64,000 bases of DNA from an uncultured Candidatus Saccharibacteria bacterium (GCA_964414295.1 CAYPVU010000031.1:17885-81884), one strand, 5' to 3'. Shown: positions 39,086 through 49,743, counted from the stretch's first letter. Notes: a model not told the origin generated them from the sequence alone. Translations and numbers: made by a program.

Positions 39086-39525
39086 AATCTATATTTATTT
39101 TTAATAAGTAGAAAATATTAGTATATAGGCAGTGTTTATATGTGAATAACTTATCTAATTATTTGATTATATCAGGGAAATTTTGATTTTGTATATGTGG
39201 ATATAATTAGTGGATGTAATCTTCAATATTTATGGTTGTATCTAATAACAGCAATAACTTTATTAACTTATTGGTGTGATTGTATTTAAGTAGAGCTTCA
39301 TCAATTCTTTTGCAAAATCCTTATCTGCTAACAGTAAACTTTATGTGTAAATACTGTTAGTGTTTTCACAGACCGTATACCTATTAAACTTGTAATTGTT
39401 AAAAAGCCAAAGTTTACCATTGTAAGTTTTAAAGTGTTGTAGTAATTTATTAAATACAAGCACAATACTTTTGGTAAATAAGTTCAATACAAACAAAGTG
39501 TCAAAGTACCAAACACGTATAAACC
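39086..39525. other. AT-rich divergent intergenic region upstream of dnaN with degenerate DnaA-box-like 9-mers; candidate origin element
   Basis: tgtgaataa (about 39163), tgtggatat (about 39205) and agtggatgt (about 39221), each within 1-2 mismatches of TGTGGATAA. The region is 440 bp of very AT-rich sequence. Confidence 0.35.
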
Positions 39526-40356
39526 ATGACAAAAATAAGTTTAACAATAAAAAGTGAAGATAATAAGTTTTTCTTTGAACAAGAAATATCCTTAGTAGAT
39601 AGCTCTTTTATAATTAACTACTTTGCAAATAAAGAAAGTAATTCTAATGTTAGTTTAAGTATTCAACCTAGTAAGCCACAAATACTAATAAATGATACGA
39701 AACTTTTACTGGATCTCTTAGAAAAGTATCAACCAAAAAGTAATGTTGAGAAGTTTGTTGTTTTTGCCGAATATCTTACTGTAGTAAAAAGTGAACAGCC
39801 TTTTTCTGAAGTTGAGTTAAAAGAATTATTTACTACTGCTAACTTTAAAGTTCCAGAAAACTTTAAAAGAGATTTAGGCATTGCTGTAGGTAGGGGAGTT
39901 TTGTTTAAGTTAAAAGATCAGGATCTTTTTATTGCAACACCTAAAACTAAAAAGGAATTAGGTTTAATGATAGAAAAGCAAAGTATTGATGAATCTACAT
40001 TATTTAAAAAGAAAAAGAGAATTAGAGGATTAACTCAAAGAGCAGAATTTAATAATGATATAAAATCTATTCCACTAACAGGGAATTTAAAGGGTCTAAA
40101 TATTAAATATAAAGACCTTAGAAGCGGGTCAGATAGAATTCTGTGGGTTATTACATACTTAAAAAATAATGCTATGGAATCAGTCTCAATAAAAGACATA
40201 GAATTTATCTCAGATAAGTTAGGTAATATAGTAAAGTCAAAGTACTTTGCAATGTATAACAAACCTAATATTGAAAATGGCTATGTAGCAAAAGTAGATA
40301 ATAAGTTTATTATTACTGAAGAAGGGGAGAGGTACATTCACAATATTGCTGTTTGA
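39526..40356 (+). CDS. hypothetical protein (276 aa)
   Basis: ORF inserted between dnaN and dnaA. No motif found. Confidence 0.4.
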   Translation: MTKISLTIKSEDNKFFFEQEISLVDSSFIINYFANKESNSNVSLSIQPSKPQILINDTKLLLDLLEKYQPKSNVEKFVVFAEYLTVVKSEQPFSEVELKELFTTANFKVPENFKRDLGIAVGRGVLFKLKDQDLFIATPKTKKELGLMIEKQSIDESTLFKKKKRIRGLTQRAEFNNDIKSIPLTGNLKGLNIKYKDLRSGSDRILWVITYLKNNAMESVSIKDIEFISDKLGNIVKSKYFAMYNKPNIENGYVAKVDNKFIITEEGERYIHNIAV

Positions 40357-40408
40357 CACATTAGGGTATTCATTAGGTAGTATTAAATATATTTTTTACT
40401 AATCCTTT

Positions 40409-40879
40409 ATGCCTTCTAGTAAAGAACTTCAAACAGTATTAAGAGAGTTTAACTTATTAGGTTATGCAGATGAATCTGCTAAATATGTAGATAATGGTAA
40501 GAATGGAAAGATTATTACAAAACAAATAGGGGAATATAAGTATGAAGATGAGTTTTATGGAGGTGAACCATACTCAGGTAATGAAACAATTTGGTTTAAA
40601 AATAAAGATGTTTTTAGATGTGTTTATTGGGGGAAGGTAGCTAAAGGAATTAAATTTGGAGAAGTTTATGACTTTTTAAGAAAGACATTGATGCAGGGTC
40701 CTAATAATAATCTTGTTCATAGAGGTCCATCTGAATTTACTGAAGATAAATTTAAATATACAAATATCTGCGAGGGTACAATTGATGAATTCAGGCAAGT
40801 AGAAAGAATTTTTATTAATAACAAAGAAGTCTATATTGCATACTTTTTTGGCGGCAGAGTTAATACTCAAGAAGAGTAG
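40409..40879 (+). CDS. hypothetical protein (156 aa)
   Basis: ORF with no motif. Confidence 0.4.
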   Translation: MPSSKELQTVLREFNLLGYADESAKYVDNGKNGKIITKQIGEYKYEDEFYGGEPYSGNETIWFKNKDVFRCVYWGKVAKGIKFGEVYDFLRKTLMQGPNNNLVHRGPSEFTEDKFKYTNICEGTIDEFRQVERIFINNKEVYIAYFFGGRVNTQEE

Positions 40880-40884
40880 AATCT

Positions 40885-41151
40885 TTACGGATAAGAAATC
40901 GGTAAAGCAAAAGATGCCGGTGTAGGGTAAGAGACTACTTCGTTTTCTACTTCGACAGGATAACTAATAGTAGTTGGATTGTTATTTACAATAACTGGAA
41001 ATGATACAGGTAAATTAACAGTGGGAATTTTACCGTCAAAAGCAATATAAATTCCCATCATTATTAATACAATTAAAAATATTGATGTACCACCACCTGC
41101 AACCATTGTTTGTCTAGGATGTTTTTTACTAAATGATTCCAATTCGTCCAT
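40885..41151 (-). CDS. small membrane protein downstream of dnaA
   Basis: One TM helix (IFLIVLIMMGIYIAF), 88 aa. Confidence 0.35.
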   Translation of the reverse strand: MDELESFSKKHPRQTMVAGGGTSIFLIVLIMMGIYIAFDGKIPTVNLPVSFPVIVNNNPTTISYPVEVENEVVSYPTPASFALPISYP

Positions 41152-41169
41152 ATCTATAGTTTAAATTAT

Positions 41170-42576
41170 TTATTCCAACTCATCATCTGGGCTAGCGCTT
41201 TCGTTTATACTTGTAATTATTTGAGCTACTTGTCTATTAAATCCATCCTGAAGCATCATTTTGCTTTTAACTTTATCTATAGCATGTAATACAGTTGTAT
41301 GATCTTCTCGATTTAAAAACTTTGCAACTTCTTCTAATTTGTAATTAAACTCTTCTCTTAAAATATACATAGCAACTTGTCTTGCTAATGCTAATTCTTT
41401 TGTTCTTCTTGGTCCTTTTAATTCTTTAACTGTAACGCCAAAAGATTTTGCAACTTCTTTTAATACTTTTGGAACTTTTACTTTTTCTCTTTTAGTTTGT
41501 GGATCTTTACCTATTGTATGAGCAACTTCTTCTAGAGTTAAATCACCATTTGGTTTCATTTGGTTATATAGTGCAACTTTTTGTAAAGCTCCTTCAAGTT
41601 CTCTAATATTATCTGTAACAGCTCTTGCTATAAATTCAATTACTTGAGGTTTTAATGTATATCCCATTGCATCTGCTTTTCTTTGTAGAATTGCTAATCT
41701 AGTTTCGTAGTCAGGATTAGAGATATCAACAACCATGCCTCCTAACATTCTTGATTTAAGTCTGCTCTCTAAACTTTGAATATCTTCAGGTCTTCTATCT
41801 GCAATAAAGATTACTTGTTTCCCTGCATTGTGGATTTCGTTAAATGTATTAAAGAATTCATCTTGAGTTGCTACCCATTTAGAAATTAACTGAACATCAT
41901 CAATAATTAATAGATCTACCTGTCTATACTTTTGTCTAAATGCTTCCATTCCGCCGCCTTTAATGCCTTTTACCATTTCATTTAAAAATCCTTCAGAAGA
42001 TATATATTTAATTTTGTATTTAGGATTTCTTTCTATCATTGATCTTCCAATTGATTGGGCTAAATGAGTTTTACCTACACCTGTTCTCCCATGCATAAAT
42101 AATGGGTTATACATCACTCCTGGGTTTTCTATAACTGCTAATGCGGCTGCATGGGCTAGTCTATTGGAATTTCCTACAACGTAATTAGAAATAGAGTATT
42201 TAGGATTTAAACCAGATTTGTTTATTGTTTCTGTAACAATACTCATCATTCCATTTTCTAAACTTAGTAAAGGCTGACTTTCTGGATCTTTAGGTTTTGA
42301 TTCTTCGTCAGTAGGTTCTTTATGATAAACCTCAAAGATTGGATTTAATTGATCTCCATAAACGTAGCTTACTGTTTCTTTAATTAATCTTTCATGTTTG
42401 CTTTTTAACCATTCAAGAGAGTAAGGATTTTGTACTCCAATAAAAGCATTATTACCATCAATCTTTAAAAGTTTTGTTCCTTGAAAGAATGTATTAAATG
42501 TAGCTGGAGAATCTAATTTAATTTCTATTTGGGCTAATGTTGTTTTCCACACCTGATCTGGGTCTTTTATTTTCAT
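41170..42576 (-). CDS. dnaA: Chromosomal replication initiator DnaA
   Basis: AAA+ Walker A (GRTGVGKTHL), sensor motifs and a C-terminal DNA-binding domain (HTTVLHAIDKV). Confidence 0.9.
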   Translation of the reverse strand: MKIKDPDQVWKTTLAQIEIKLDSPATFNTFFQGTKLLKIDGNNAFIGVQNPYSLEWLKSKHERLIKETVSYVYGDQLNPIFEVYHKEPTDEESKPKDPESQPLLSLENGMMSIVTETINKSGLNPKYSISNYVVGNSNRLAHAAALAVIENPGVMYNPLFMHGRTGVGKTHLAQSIGRSMIERNPKYKIKYISSEGFLNEMVKGIKGGGMEAFRQKYRQVDLLIIDDVQLISKWVATQDEFFNTFNEIHNAGKQVIFIADRRPEDIQSLESRLKSRMLGGMVVDISNPDYETRLAILQRKADAMGYTLKPQVIEFIARAVTDNIRELEGALQKVALYNQMKPNGDLTLEEVAHTIGKDPQTKREKVKVPKVLKEVAKSFGVTVKELKGPRRTKELALARQVAMYILREEFNYKLEEVAKFLNREDHTTVLHAIDKVKSKMMLQDGFNRQVAQIITSINESASPDDELE

Positions 42577-42649
42577 AGTATAATTGAGTAAAACAATAGG
42601 ATTGTTTAATTAATATTTTCAGAGTCAATATACATTATTGCATGAAAAT

Positions 42650-42665
42650 TTATCCACGTGGATAA
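42650..42665. promoter_or_regulatory. Perfect palindromic DnaA-box pair TTATCCACGTGGATAA upstream of dnaA
   Basis: Two overlapping consensus DnaA boxes (TTATCCACG / CGTGGATAA), 74 nt upstream of the dnaA start codon. Confidence 0.7.
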
Positions 42666-42715
42666 CCTATAATAGCAATTTGTAAAAAACTTTACCAGAA
42701 AACGTTTTGCAATAA

Positions 42716-43297
42716 ATGAAAACTAAAAAAATAATTTTAGAAGGAACAGTAGAAAGTTTATTTTGTATTAAGGATGACCAAGTTATTAATGCAGATAAGC
42801 TAACAGTAATGTGGGATGGCATTATTAACGATAAACATACTAGTAGAACTTCAATAGCTAGAACTCAAGATAGTAGTGAAAATAATGTTCCAAAAGGAAC
42901 AGAAATTTTAAACTTAAGACAAATCTCAATTATTTCTAAAGAAGAGCAGGAAGAAGTTGCTCAAAAATTAGGAATTGCAAAAATTAACTATGAAGATTTA
43001 CGCCCAAATATTGTAATAAGCGGAATTCCCAATTTAACAAACTTACCAGCAGGTACTAGAATTCAATTTCCAGAGTTTACATTATTATATGTTACTGGAG
43101 AAAACTATCCTTGTATTGTATCTGGAACTAGAGTAGAGCAAAGCAATAAAGAGATTGCTAATTTAAAATTCAAGTATCCTAAAGAAGCAATGCATTTAAG
43201 AGGTATATTAGCTATTGTTTTAAGACCTGGATTTATTAGAAAAGGGGATAAATTTAAAGTTACTATTCCACCACAATATATTTATGAATCTAATTAA
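42716..43297 (+). CDS. MOSC domain-containing protein
   Basis: LRPNIVISG...ENYPCIVSG resembles the MOSC beta-barrel with its conserved Cys. Confidence 0.55.
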   Translation: MKTKKIILEGTVESLFCIKDDQVINADKLTVMWDGIINDKHTSRTSIARTQDSSENNVPKGTEILNLRQISIISKEEQEEVAQKLGIAKINYEDLRPNIVISGIPNLTNLPAGTRIQFPEFTLLYVTGENYPCIVSGTRVEQSNKEIANLKFKYPKEAMHLRGILAIVLRPGFIRKGDKFKVTIPPQYIYESN

Positions 43298-43577
43298 ATT
43301 TATTTTAAACATTCCTAAGAAGATTGGTTTAATTCTTATTAGAATTTATCAAAAATTATTTTCTTTTGACCATTCCTTTTGGGCTAAACATACTAATTAC
43401 AGAGTGTGTATTTATCATCCCTCTTGTTCTGAATATACATATCAGGCAATAGATAGATTCGGTTTAATTAGAGGCAGTATTATGGGATTTTTTAGAATAA
43501 TGAGATGCAATCCTATGAGTGAACCAGGTGAAGATCCTGTTCCAAATTACTTTAGCATTAAAAGAAATAGGGGTTAA
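43284..43577 (+). CDS. yidD: Membrane protein insertion efficiency factor YidD
   Basis: CIYHPSCSEYTYQAIDRFG...RIMRCNPMSEPGEDPVP matches the YidD signature. Confidence 0.8.
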   Translation: MNLIKFILNIPKKIGLILIRIYQKLFSFDHSFWAKHTNYRVCIYHPSCSEYTYQAIDRFGLIRGSIMGFFRIMRCNPMSEPGEDPVPNYFSIKRNRG

Positions 43578-44362
43578 ATTTCAATTATTTCTTGTTCTTG
43601 AGTAAAGATCGTCATAGATACATTATTTTCTTGAGCAAATAACTTATATTGGTGAAGCCAATTTAGATTTTCTATTTCTAAAGATAGGATTTTTAAATCT
43701 ATTAAGTTAGCACCTTTAACTACAATATAGTTTGCTTTAACTTCTTTATCTACATTTGCAAATTTAGAATAAAACTTTTCTTCCTTTGTAGAATCAGGAA
43801 TAAACATGTAAGCATAAGAATTATAGAGTTTAAATTCAATTTCTTTATTAAAATCTGAAGCATTAAATTTTGCATTCCATCTAACATTCCCAAAGCTGCC
43901 TGCAACATCTACATAACTAAAGTAATAGTTTCTTACACCATTAAAATCAAGAAAAGCATTTATCTTTTTTAATATGTAAAACTTAAGCAGAGTAGAATCA
44001 AATCTAAAATTTTTCAATTTTATAATTGCATCTTCTTCTTTATTTATTTCTATATACTCATTAATTTTATATTTATCTATCTTTTCACTAAACGGAGAAA
44101 AAGAACTTTGTGTAGCAGAGTAGTATTTTAAATTTAATTCAAAATATTCTATAAATTCTGGACTTACAATAACTGGAAGTTTTGTTGTAGCGTTGCTTAA
44201 TTTATGTGCAGAACTATTAATTTGCTTTGTACTTAAATCATTTTTTAATACATGAATTAAATTACTTACTCCTTCTGCTATCTCGGGAGCTATATTATCA
44301 ACAAATTCAAATTTTATTTCACTGCTTAAAAAAGGGAAGTGATATGTATGCAATTTACTCAT
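43574..44362 (-). CDS. hypothetical protein (262 aa)
   Basis: ORF with no motif. Confidence 0.4.
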   Translation of the reverse strand: MSKLHTYHFPFLSSEIKFEFVDNIAPEIAEGVSNLIHVLKNDLSTKQINSSAHKLSNATTKLPVIVSPEFIEYFELNLKYYSATQSSFSPFSEKIDKYKINEYIEINKEEDAIIKLKNFRFDSTLLKFYILKKINAFLDFNGVRNYYFSYVDVAGSFGNVRWNAKFNASDFNKEIEFKLYNSYAYMFIPDSTKEEKFYSKFANVDKEVKANYIVVKGANLIDLKILSLEIENLNWLHQYKLFAQENNVSMTIFTQEQEIIEI

Positions 44363-44433
44363 TAACTCAAGTTTAAATCTACTTTAATATAGTTTAATAT
44401 AGTGTTAGACAAATTAAAAACAGTAATAATTAA

Positions 44434-45003
44434 ATGGAGCAGAAAAGAATTTTTAATTTATTAAAACCTATAAAGCCTCCTGCAACTTTTTGGGATAAAG
44501 CTTACGATTGGGTTTTAGGAAAAGCTAGAATAGTAATTTTGGTTACAGAATTACTAATTGTATTTGCATTTGTAGCAAAGGTAATTGTAGATACAGAAGC
44601 AAGAAGTAAAGATGAAGAGATTGCAACACTAAAAGGAGAATTAGGATTTTATTCTTCTGGAAGAGAACCAATCTTTAGAGATTTGCAAAGAAGAGATTCT
44701 GCATATTTAAGATTATGGGAATATTCAAGCAGCTATACAGATGTTTTAAACGAAATCTACTCTTATGTCAGAACACCTGGAGTTCAGTTAACCGTTAGAG
44801 CAGAAAAAAATAGAATTAGTATATTTGGTTATGATGATTTAAGTGCTGTACAGAACTTAGAAACTCAAATGAAACAGTCACCAACTTTTACATCTGTTTT
44901 TGTTGATACATTAACACTAGAACAAAAGGAAGTTCTTCAGTCTACAGGTCAGTATGTGTTGATTGCAACATTATCTAATTTTCAAAGAGGTCAATTACAG
45001 TAA
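44434..45003 (+). CDS. PilN-like type IV pilus assembly protein (tentative)
   Basis: N-terminal FNLLKP motif followed by a TM helix and coiled-coil, like PilN. Confidence 0.4.
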   Translation: MEQKRIFNLLKPIKPPATFWDKAYDWVLGKARIVILVTELLIVFAFVAKVIVDTEARSKDEEIATLKGELGFYSSGREPIFRDLQRRDSAYLRLWEYSSSYTDVLNEIYSYVRTPGVQLTVRAEKNRISIFGYDDLSAVQNLETQMKQSPTFTSVFVDTLTLEQKEVLQSTGQYVLIATLSNFQRGQLQ

Positions 45004-45643
45004 TATGCCGCCAAGATACAGAAGTGCAAGCAAAAGATTAAATGATTTGTTATCAACTAGCCAAAACAAGAGTTACTTTGTTGGAGCTATAACTGTCCTA
45101 TTTATTGTTTTAATGACAATGGTTGGTATTTTACCTGCATATAGTGCATTTACATTCCAAAGTGAAGAAAACGGTAAAAGAAATCAATTAATAGAAAAAC
45201 TAACTAAAAAGTTAGATACATCTAAAAAGCTTACCCAAGAGTATGATGCAAAAACAAAAATGGTGAATTATTTTAAAGAAGTAATGCCAGAAAGTGCAAT
45301 GCAAGATACTATTATGGATTTAATGAATAAAACAATAGAAAGTAATTCAGCTGCTTTAACTTCTATTACTTTTAATAAGAATCCAACACCTGTATTTACA
45401 CAATCAGGCTTTGATACTACATATAAAGCACAGCAGATAAACTTGACTATTAAAGGGTCACAAAGTTCCTTATTAAATATTGTAAGAGATGTAGAAGATT
45501 CAAGAAGAATATTTAATATTATTGATTTAACATTAGATAGAGTAGTGCAGGAGGATGCTAATTTTACTGAAACAGTAAATGATGGTGAATATATTTTGAA
45601 TCTACATATAGAATATTACTTTTTTACAACACATTCAGAATAG
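44963..45643 (+). CDS. PilO-like membrane protein (tentative)
   Basis: N-terminal TM helix then coiled-coil. Overlaps the PilN-like ORF. Confidence 0.35.
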   Translation: MQHYLIFKEVNYSNMPPRYRSASKRLNDLLSTSQNKSYFVGAITVLFIVLMTMVGILPAYSAFTFQSEENGKRNQLIEKLTKKLDTSKKLTQEYDAKTKMVNYFKEVMPESAMQDTIMDLMNKTIESNSAALTSITFNKNPTPVFTQSGFDTTYKAQQINLTIKGSQSSLLNIVRDVEDSRRIFNIIDLTLDRVVQEDANFTETVNDGEYILNLHIEYYFFTTHSE

Positions 45644-45646
45644 AAT

Positions 45647-45874
45647 ATGAATAAATCTTGGATTTTACTAATAATAATGGGACTTATATTTTTAGCTGCT
45701 GCAATAGGCTGGGAAGCTTATCAAAACTTTTCTGGTGCTAGAAGTAATATTGATATTAGTGTAATTGAATATCAAAGAGAAACACTTTTATCTCCTAGAT
45801 TAGAAAAGCATATTACAACAGATCCTGCATATATTAATAGAACAGATTTAGAGAACTCTTCATCTGATTTATAA
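45647..45874 (+). CDS. small membrane protein
   Basis: One TM helix. Follows the PilO-like ORF by 3 nt. Confidence 0.3.
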   Translation: MNKSWILLIIMGLIFLAAAIGWEAYQNFSGARSNIDISVIEYQRETLLSPRLEKHITTDPAYINRTDLENSSSDL

Positions 45875-45877
45875 GCT

Positions 45878-48115
45878 TTATTCTCCTCTTAAACTTTGTA
45901 TAAATGCATCTGCATCACTAATTAATACTTCTCTTGGTTTTGAACCATTGGCTGGACCTACAACACCTAATTCTTCTAATTCTTCTAATAAACTTGCAGC
46001 TCTGTTAAATCCAATTCTTAATCTTCTTTGTAAGAAAGATGAGGAACCCTTTTGACTTTGTACTACAATTCTAATCGCTTGTTCTAACATATCGCCTTCG
46101 TTTCCAAAATCAGAGTCGCTACCCGTAGAATTTTCTTGCTCTGGATTTTGATTTTCTAAAATTTCATTTACATATTCAACTTCTGGAGCTTGAGACTTTA
46201 AGAAATTAACAATATTTATAACCTCTTGCTGATCTATAAATGAACTTTGAAGTCTGCTTGCTTTTGGTTTATCTGGGGCTTTATATAAAAGGTCTCCATA
46301 TCCTAGTAAACTTTCCGCTCCAATTCTATCTAAAATAACTCTAGAATCAGTTGAACTAGTAACACTCATACCAATTCTCCCTGGAATATTAGCTTTTATA
46401 ATACCTGTAATAACATTTACAGAAGGTCTTTGTGTAGCTAGTATTAAATGAATCCCAACAGCTCTAGCTTTTTGAGCAAGTCTAACAATTGCAGTTTCTG
46501 CATCTACTTTATTTGCGGTCATCATCATGTCTGCCATTTCATCGATTACAATTACAATGTAAGGCATAGCAGCAAAGCCTTTTTTCTGGTTATATCCTTG
46601 AATATTTCTTACCTGTTCCTTTGCAAGATTTGAATATCTAATTTCCATTTCTTGTACTGCCCATTTAAGTGCATTTACAACTTGACTCATATCTGTAATA
46701 ACAGGTGTTAATAAATGTGGAATTCCATTATAGTCAGAAAGTTCTACTTGTTTAGGGTCTACCAAAATGAATTTAACTTCATCTGGTGTTTTTTTCATTA
46801 ATAAAGATGCAATAAATGAATTTGTTAAAACTGATTTACCAGAACCAGTTGCACCGGCAATAAGTAAGTGAGGCATTTTTTGAATATCTCCAATTATTGA
46901 AGATCCATCTATATTTTTTCCAATTGGAACGGGTAGAGCAAACTCATTAGTTTCCATTTCATCGGATTCCATGATTTCTTTAAATCTAACCATATCTCTT
47001 TTCGATCTGGGAACCTCGATTCCTAAATATGTAGTTTCAGGTATTGATTCTATTCTTACAGCTTTTGAATCAACTCCAAGCGCTAATGCAATGTTTTCAC
47101 TTAAAGTCGCAACTTTAGCAACTTTAATACCTAGTGGAATATTTAATGCATATTGAATTACAGAAGGACCAATAAACGAATCTTCTACTTTAGCTTCAAT
47201 TCCAAAACTTGCAAGTATTTGTTCAATAATTCTTGCATTCTGATCAATTGCAGGTTCATGTGCTTTAGTTTTTTTAAATGGAATTAATAAACTTAAAGGA
47301 GGAAGTTTCCAATCTGGATATTTTAAATCTTCTTGTTTTAATCCATCTTCACCAATAGCTCCTTCTTTAATTTCTACACCCGCATGATCCATTTGTTTTC
47401 TTGGTACAGGTAAAGGTCTAATGGGTTCATTATCATCATCTTCATCGTCATGATGTTTTCTGGAAGATTTTGATTCAGGTAGAGCAGCCTGTTTCTTTTT
47501 ACTAATTAAGTCATTAAAATCTCCTAATCTAGCTGCTTTTTCTGGAACTTTTAGTTCTTCAACATCGGGTTCGCCTCTTTTAAATAAGAATTCATAAACC
47601 TTACCTAACCATCTTATAAACATTGCAGTATTTTCAATTATTTGGCTAATACTCATAGAAATAGCAAGCGGAAGTACTATTAATACAGCTAAAAGTAGAA
47701 TTAATCTTGTTCCAAACTCTACAGGAAAAGTACTACCAAATATATCTCTTACAATAAATCTTCCTACAATGCCTCCTAAACCTTGTTCTCCTCGATTTAA
47801 TTCTCTTTCACTAGTTGCAAATGCAGTTAATAGAGCAGGGAATAAAAAGACTAGTATGCCTTGTGAAATTACACTTTTAGTTTCTGTAAATGGTAGTTTA
47901 CTTCCTAAGAAATGCAAACCCATAGAGAAAAGGAATACTACAGTTACAATTGTAGAAAATCCAAAAAATTCTCTTGCTTGTGTAAATAAATTCCCTTGAT
48001 TATCAGATAAAGAGAATAGAGATATTAAAAAGAATATTCCTAATAGTAAACTTACTAAACCTATAACTGTAGAGGTTTCTCTGCTGTCATAGGTAACATG
48101 TTTTTTTCTTGCCAT
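45878..48115 (-). CDS. ftsK: DNA translocase FtsK/SpoIIIE
   Basis: N-terminal TM helices, Walker A (AGATGSGKSV) and a gamma domain at the C-terminus. Confidence 0.9.
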   Translation of the reverse strand: MARKKHVTYDSRETSTVIGLVSLLLGIFFLISLFSLSDNQGNLFTQAREFFGFSTIVTVVFLFSMGLHFLGSKLPFTETKSVISQGILVFLFPALLTAFATSERELNRGEQGLGGIVGRFIVRDIFGSTFPVEFGTRLILLLAVLIVLPLAISMSISQIIENTAMFIRWLGKVYEFLFKRGEPDVEELKVPEKAARLGDFNDLISKKKQAALPESKSSRKHHDDEDDDNEPIRPLPVPRKQMDHAGVEIKEGAIGEDGLKQEDLKYPDWKLPPLSLLIPFKKTKAHEPAIDQNARIIEQILASFGIEAKVEDSFIGPSVIQYALNIPLGIKVAKVATLSENIALALGVDSKAVRIESIPETTYLGIEVPRSKRDMVRFKEIMESDEMETNEFALPVPIGKNIDGSSIIGDIQKMPHLLIAGATGSGKSVLTNSFIASLLMKKTPDEVKFILVDPKQVELSDYNGIPHLLTPVITDMSQVVNALKWAVQEMEIRYSNLAKEQVRNIQGYNQKKGFAAMPYIVIVIDEMADMMMTANKVDAETAIVRLAQKARAVGIHLILATQRPSVNVITGIIKANIPGRIGMSVTSSTDSRVILDRIGAESLLGYGDLLYKAPDKPKASRLQSSFIDQQEVINIVNFLKSQAPEVEYVNEILENQNPEQENSTGSDSDFGNEGDMLEQAIRIVVQSQKGSSSFLQRRLRIGFNRAASLLEELEELGVVGPANGSKPREVLISDADAFIQSLRGE

Positions 48116-48226
48116 GTAAATGAATTAACTGCTTAAAGACCATTCTATCATAGAATAATTTAGCAAAAAAACAAATCCCACTAGCTTTAAAGACAATTTA
48201 AAAGTAAAAGTGTTAATATAAAAAAT

Positions 48227-49024
48227 ATGAAAGTTTTAGATAAAGAAACAAAGTTTGCTCATCTAGGAAAACCTGGAAGTGTTTTTTCTATGGGATTTGC
48301 ACGTAGGCTGGATTTAATAGAAGAAAAAGTAAATTTAAAAAATAAAACAATTTTAGATATGGGTTGCGGTGAAGGTGTGTGGTTAAGAGAGTTTGCAAAA
48401 TTAACTTTACCTGGAAATGTTTATGGAAGTGAATTCGATAATGAGCAAGTAAATTATATTCATAATCTTTTAAACAACGCTACAGAAGATGGGCGTAAAA
48501 AAGATAAGCTTCTTCAAATTCCTTTAAACAACATTAAAAATTGTCCAGGAGAGGCTTTAGATTTTAAAGATAATTTTTTTGATATAGTCTTTCATAATGA
48601 AGTACTAGAGCATGTTCAAGACGATCTACAGACTTTGAAGGAATGTTTTAGAGTTTTAGATACCGGAGGTAAGTTAATTTTTTTTACTCCAAATAGAGGA
48701 TGGCCATTTGAAACACATGGAATGTTTTTAAACGGAAAGTATTACTGGGGTAATATTCCTTTTTTACCATGGATGCCCAAATTTATATTTAGAAAATTTG
48801 CTCCTCACGTAAGAAACTATTCAAACAAAGAGATTAAAAAACTTATAGAGGAAGCCGGAGGTAAAATCATTTATCATTCACATGTATTTTCAGGATTTGA
48901 CGGATTAGTAAGAAGATTTGGGTTAGTGGGAAGAATTATTCAAGGTTTTTTCCATACTATAGAAAAAACTCCACTTCATTTTTTTGGTATTAGCCACTTT
49001 GTAATTGCAGAAAAAAAGTATTAA
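48227..49024 (+). CDS. Class I SAM-dependent methyltransferase
   Basis: ILDMGCGEGVW motif I. Confidence 0.7.
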   Translation: MKVLDKETKFAHLGKPGSVFSMGFARRLDLIEEKVNLKNKTILDMGCGEGVWLREFAKLTLPGNVYGSEFDNEQVNYIHNLLNNATEDGRKKDKLLQIPLNNIKNCPGEALDFKDNFFDIVFHNEVLEHVQDDLQTLKECFRVLDTGGKLIFFTPNRGWPFETHGMFLNGKYYWGNIPFLPWMPKFIFRKFAPHVRNYSNKEIKKLIEEAGGKIIYHSHVFSGFDGLVRRFGLVGRIIQGFFHTIEKTPLHFFGISHFVIAEKKY

Positions 49025-49743
49025 TCCCATTCCCCCCATTTACCATAGAACTTTTCTGATCTTTCACTCAGTACCTTTTTAAAGATAAATCCTAGACTCC
49101 CTACAACTAACATCCCCATAAAACCCCCTATTAACATTTTAGCCAATCCATTATTAATATAACGCCTTTCTGAATGTTTAAACTTTGTATTTAATACTCC
49201 AAACCTAAACTTTAATTTTTTTGCTCTTCTAACAATTTCTTGGTCTTCAGCAATCCTTAAATCTTCTTTAAAACCTCCTAACTTTTCGAAAACTTCTCTT
49301 TTAAAAAAGAGTGTAGCTCCAGTAGCCATAGCAATAGGTGTTTTTTCTCTAATTTTAAAAGATGTATTGGTAGCAAGATTATGTACTTTTTGAGACAAAA
49401 CTTCTGATTCTAAATTAAATTGTGCACATGCTAAATCTAATTTTCTTTTGTTAAATTCAGCTATTGATTTTTCTAAGAAGTTAGATGAAAAAGAAATATC
49501 TGCATCTAAAAAAAGTAGAATATCTCCTTTTGACCTTTTAAATCCATTATTTCTACCTACACTTTGTGTTCCTCCTTCAATAACAATAGCTCCATAGCTA
49601 TTTGCAATCTCTCTTGTTCTATCTTTAGAGTTTGCATCAGCTACTATTATTTCAAATTCTTTATATGTTTGATTTTTAAGACTTTCTAATAATTCGCCTA
49701 TATATAGTTCTTCGTTTAGGCTGGGAATAATTACAGATACCAT
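49021..49743 (-). CDS. Glycosyltransferase family 2
   Basis: VSVIIPSLNEE...ADANSKD and DAD motifs. Confidence 0.75.
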   Translation of the reverse strand: MVSVIIPSLNEELYIGELLESLKNQTYKEFEIIVADANSKDRTREIANSYGAIVIEGGTQSVGRNNGFKRSKGDILLFLDADISFSSNFLEKSIAEFNKRKLDLACAQFNLESEVLSQKVHNLATNTSFKIREKTPIAMATGATLFFKREVFEKLGGFKEDLRIAEDQEIVRRAKKLKFRFGVLNTKFKHSERRYINNGLAKMLIGGFMGMLVVGSLGFIFKKVLSERSEKFYGKWGEWD

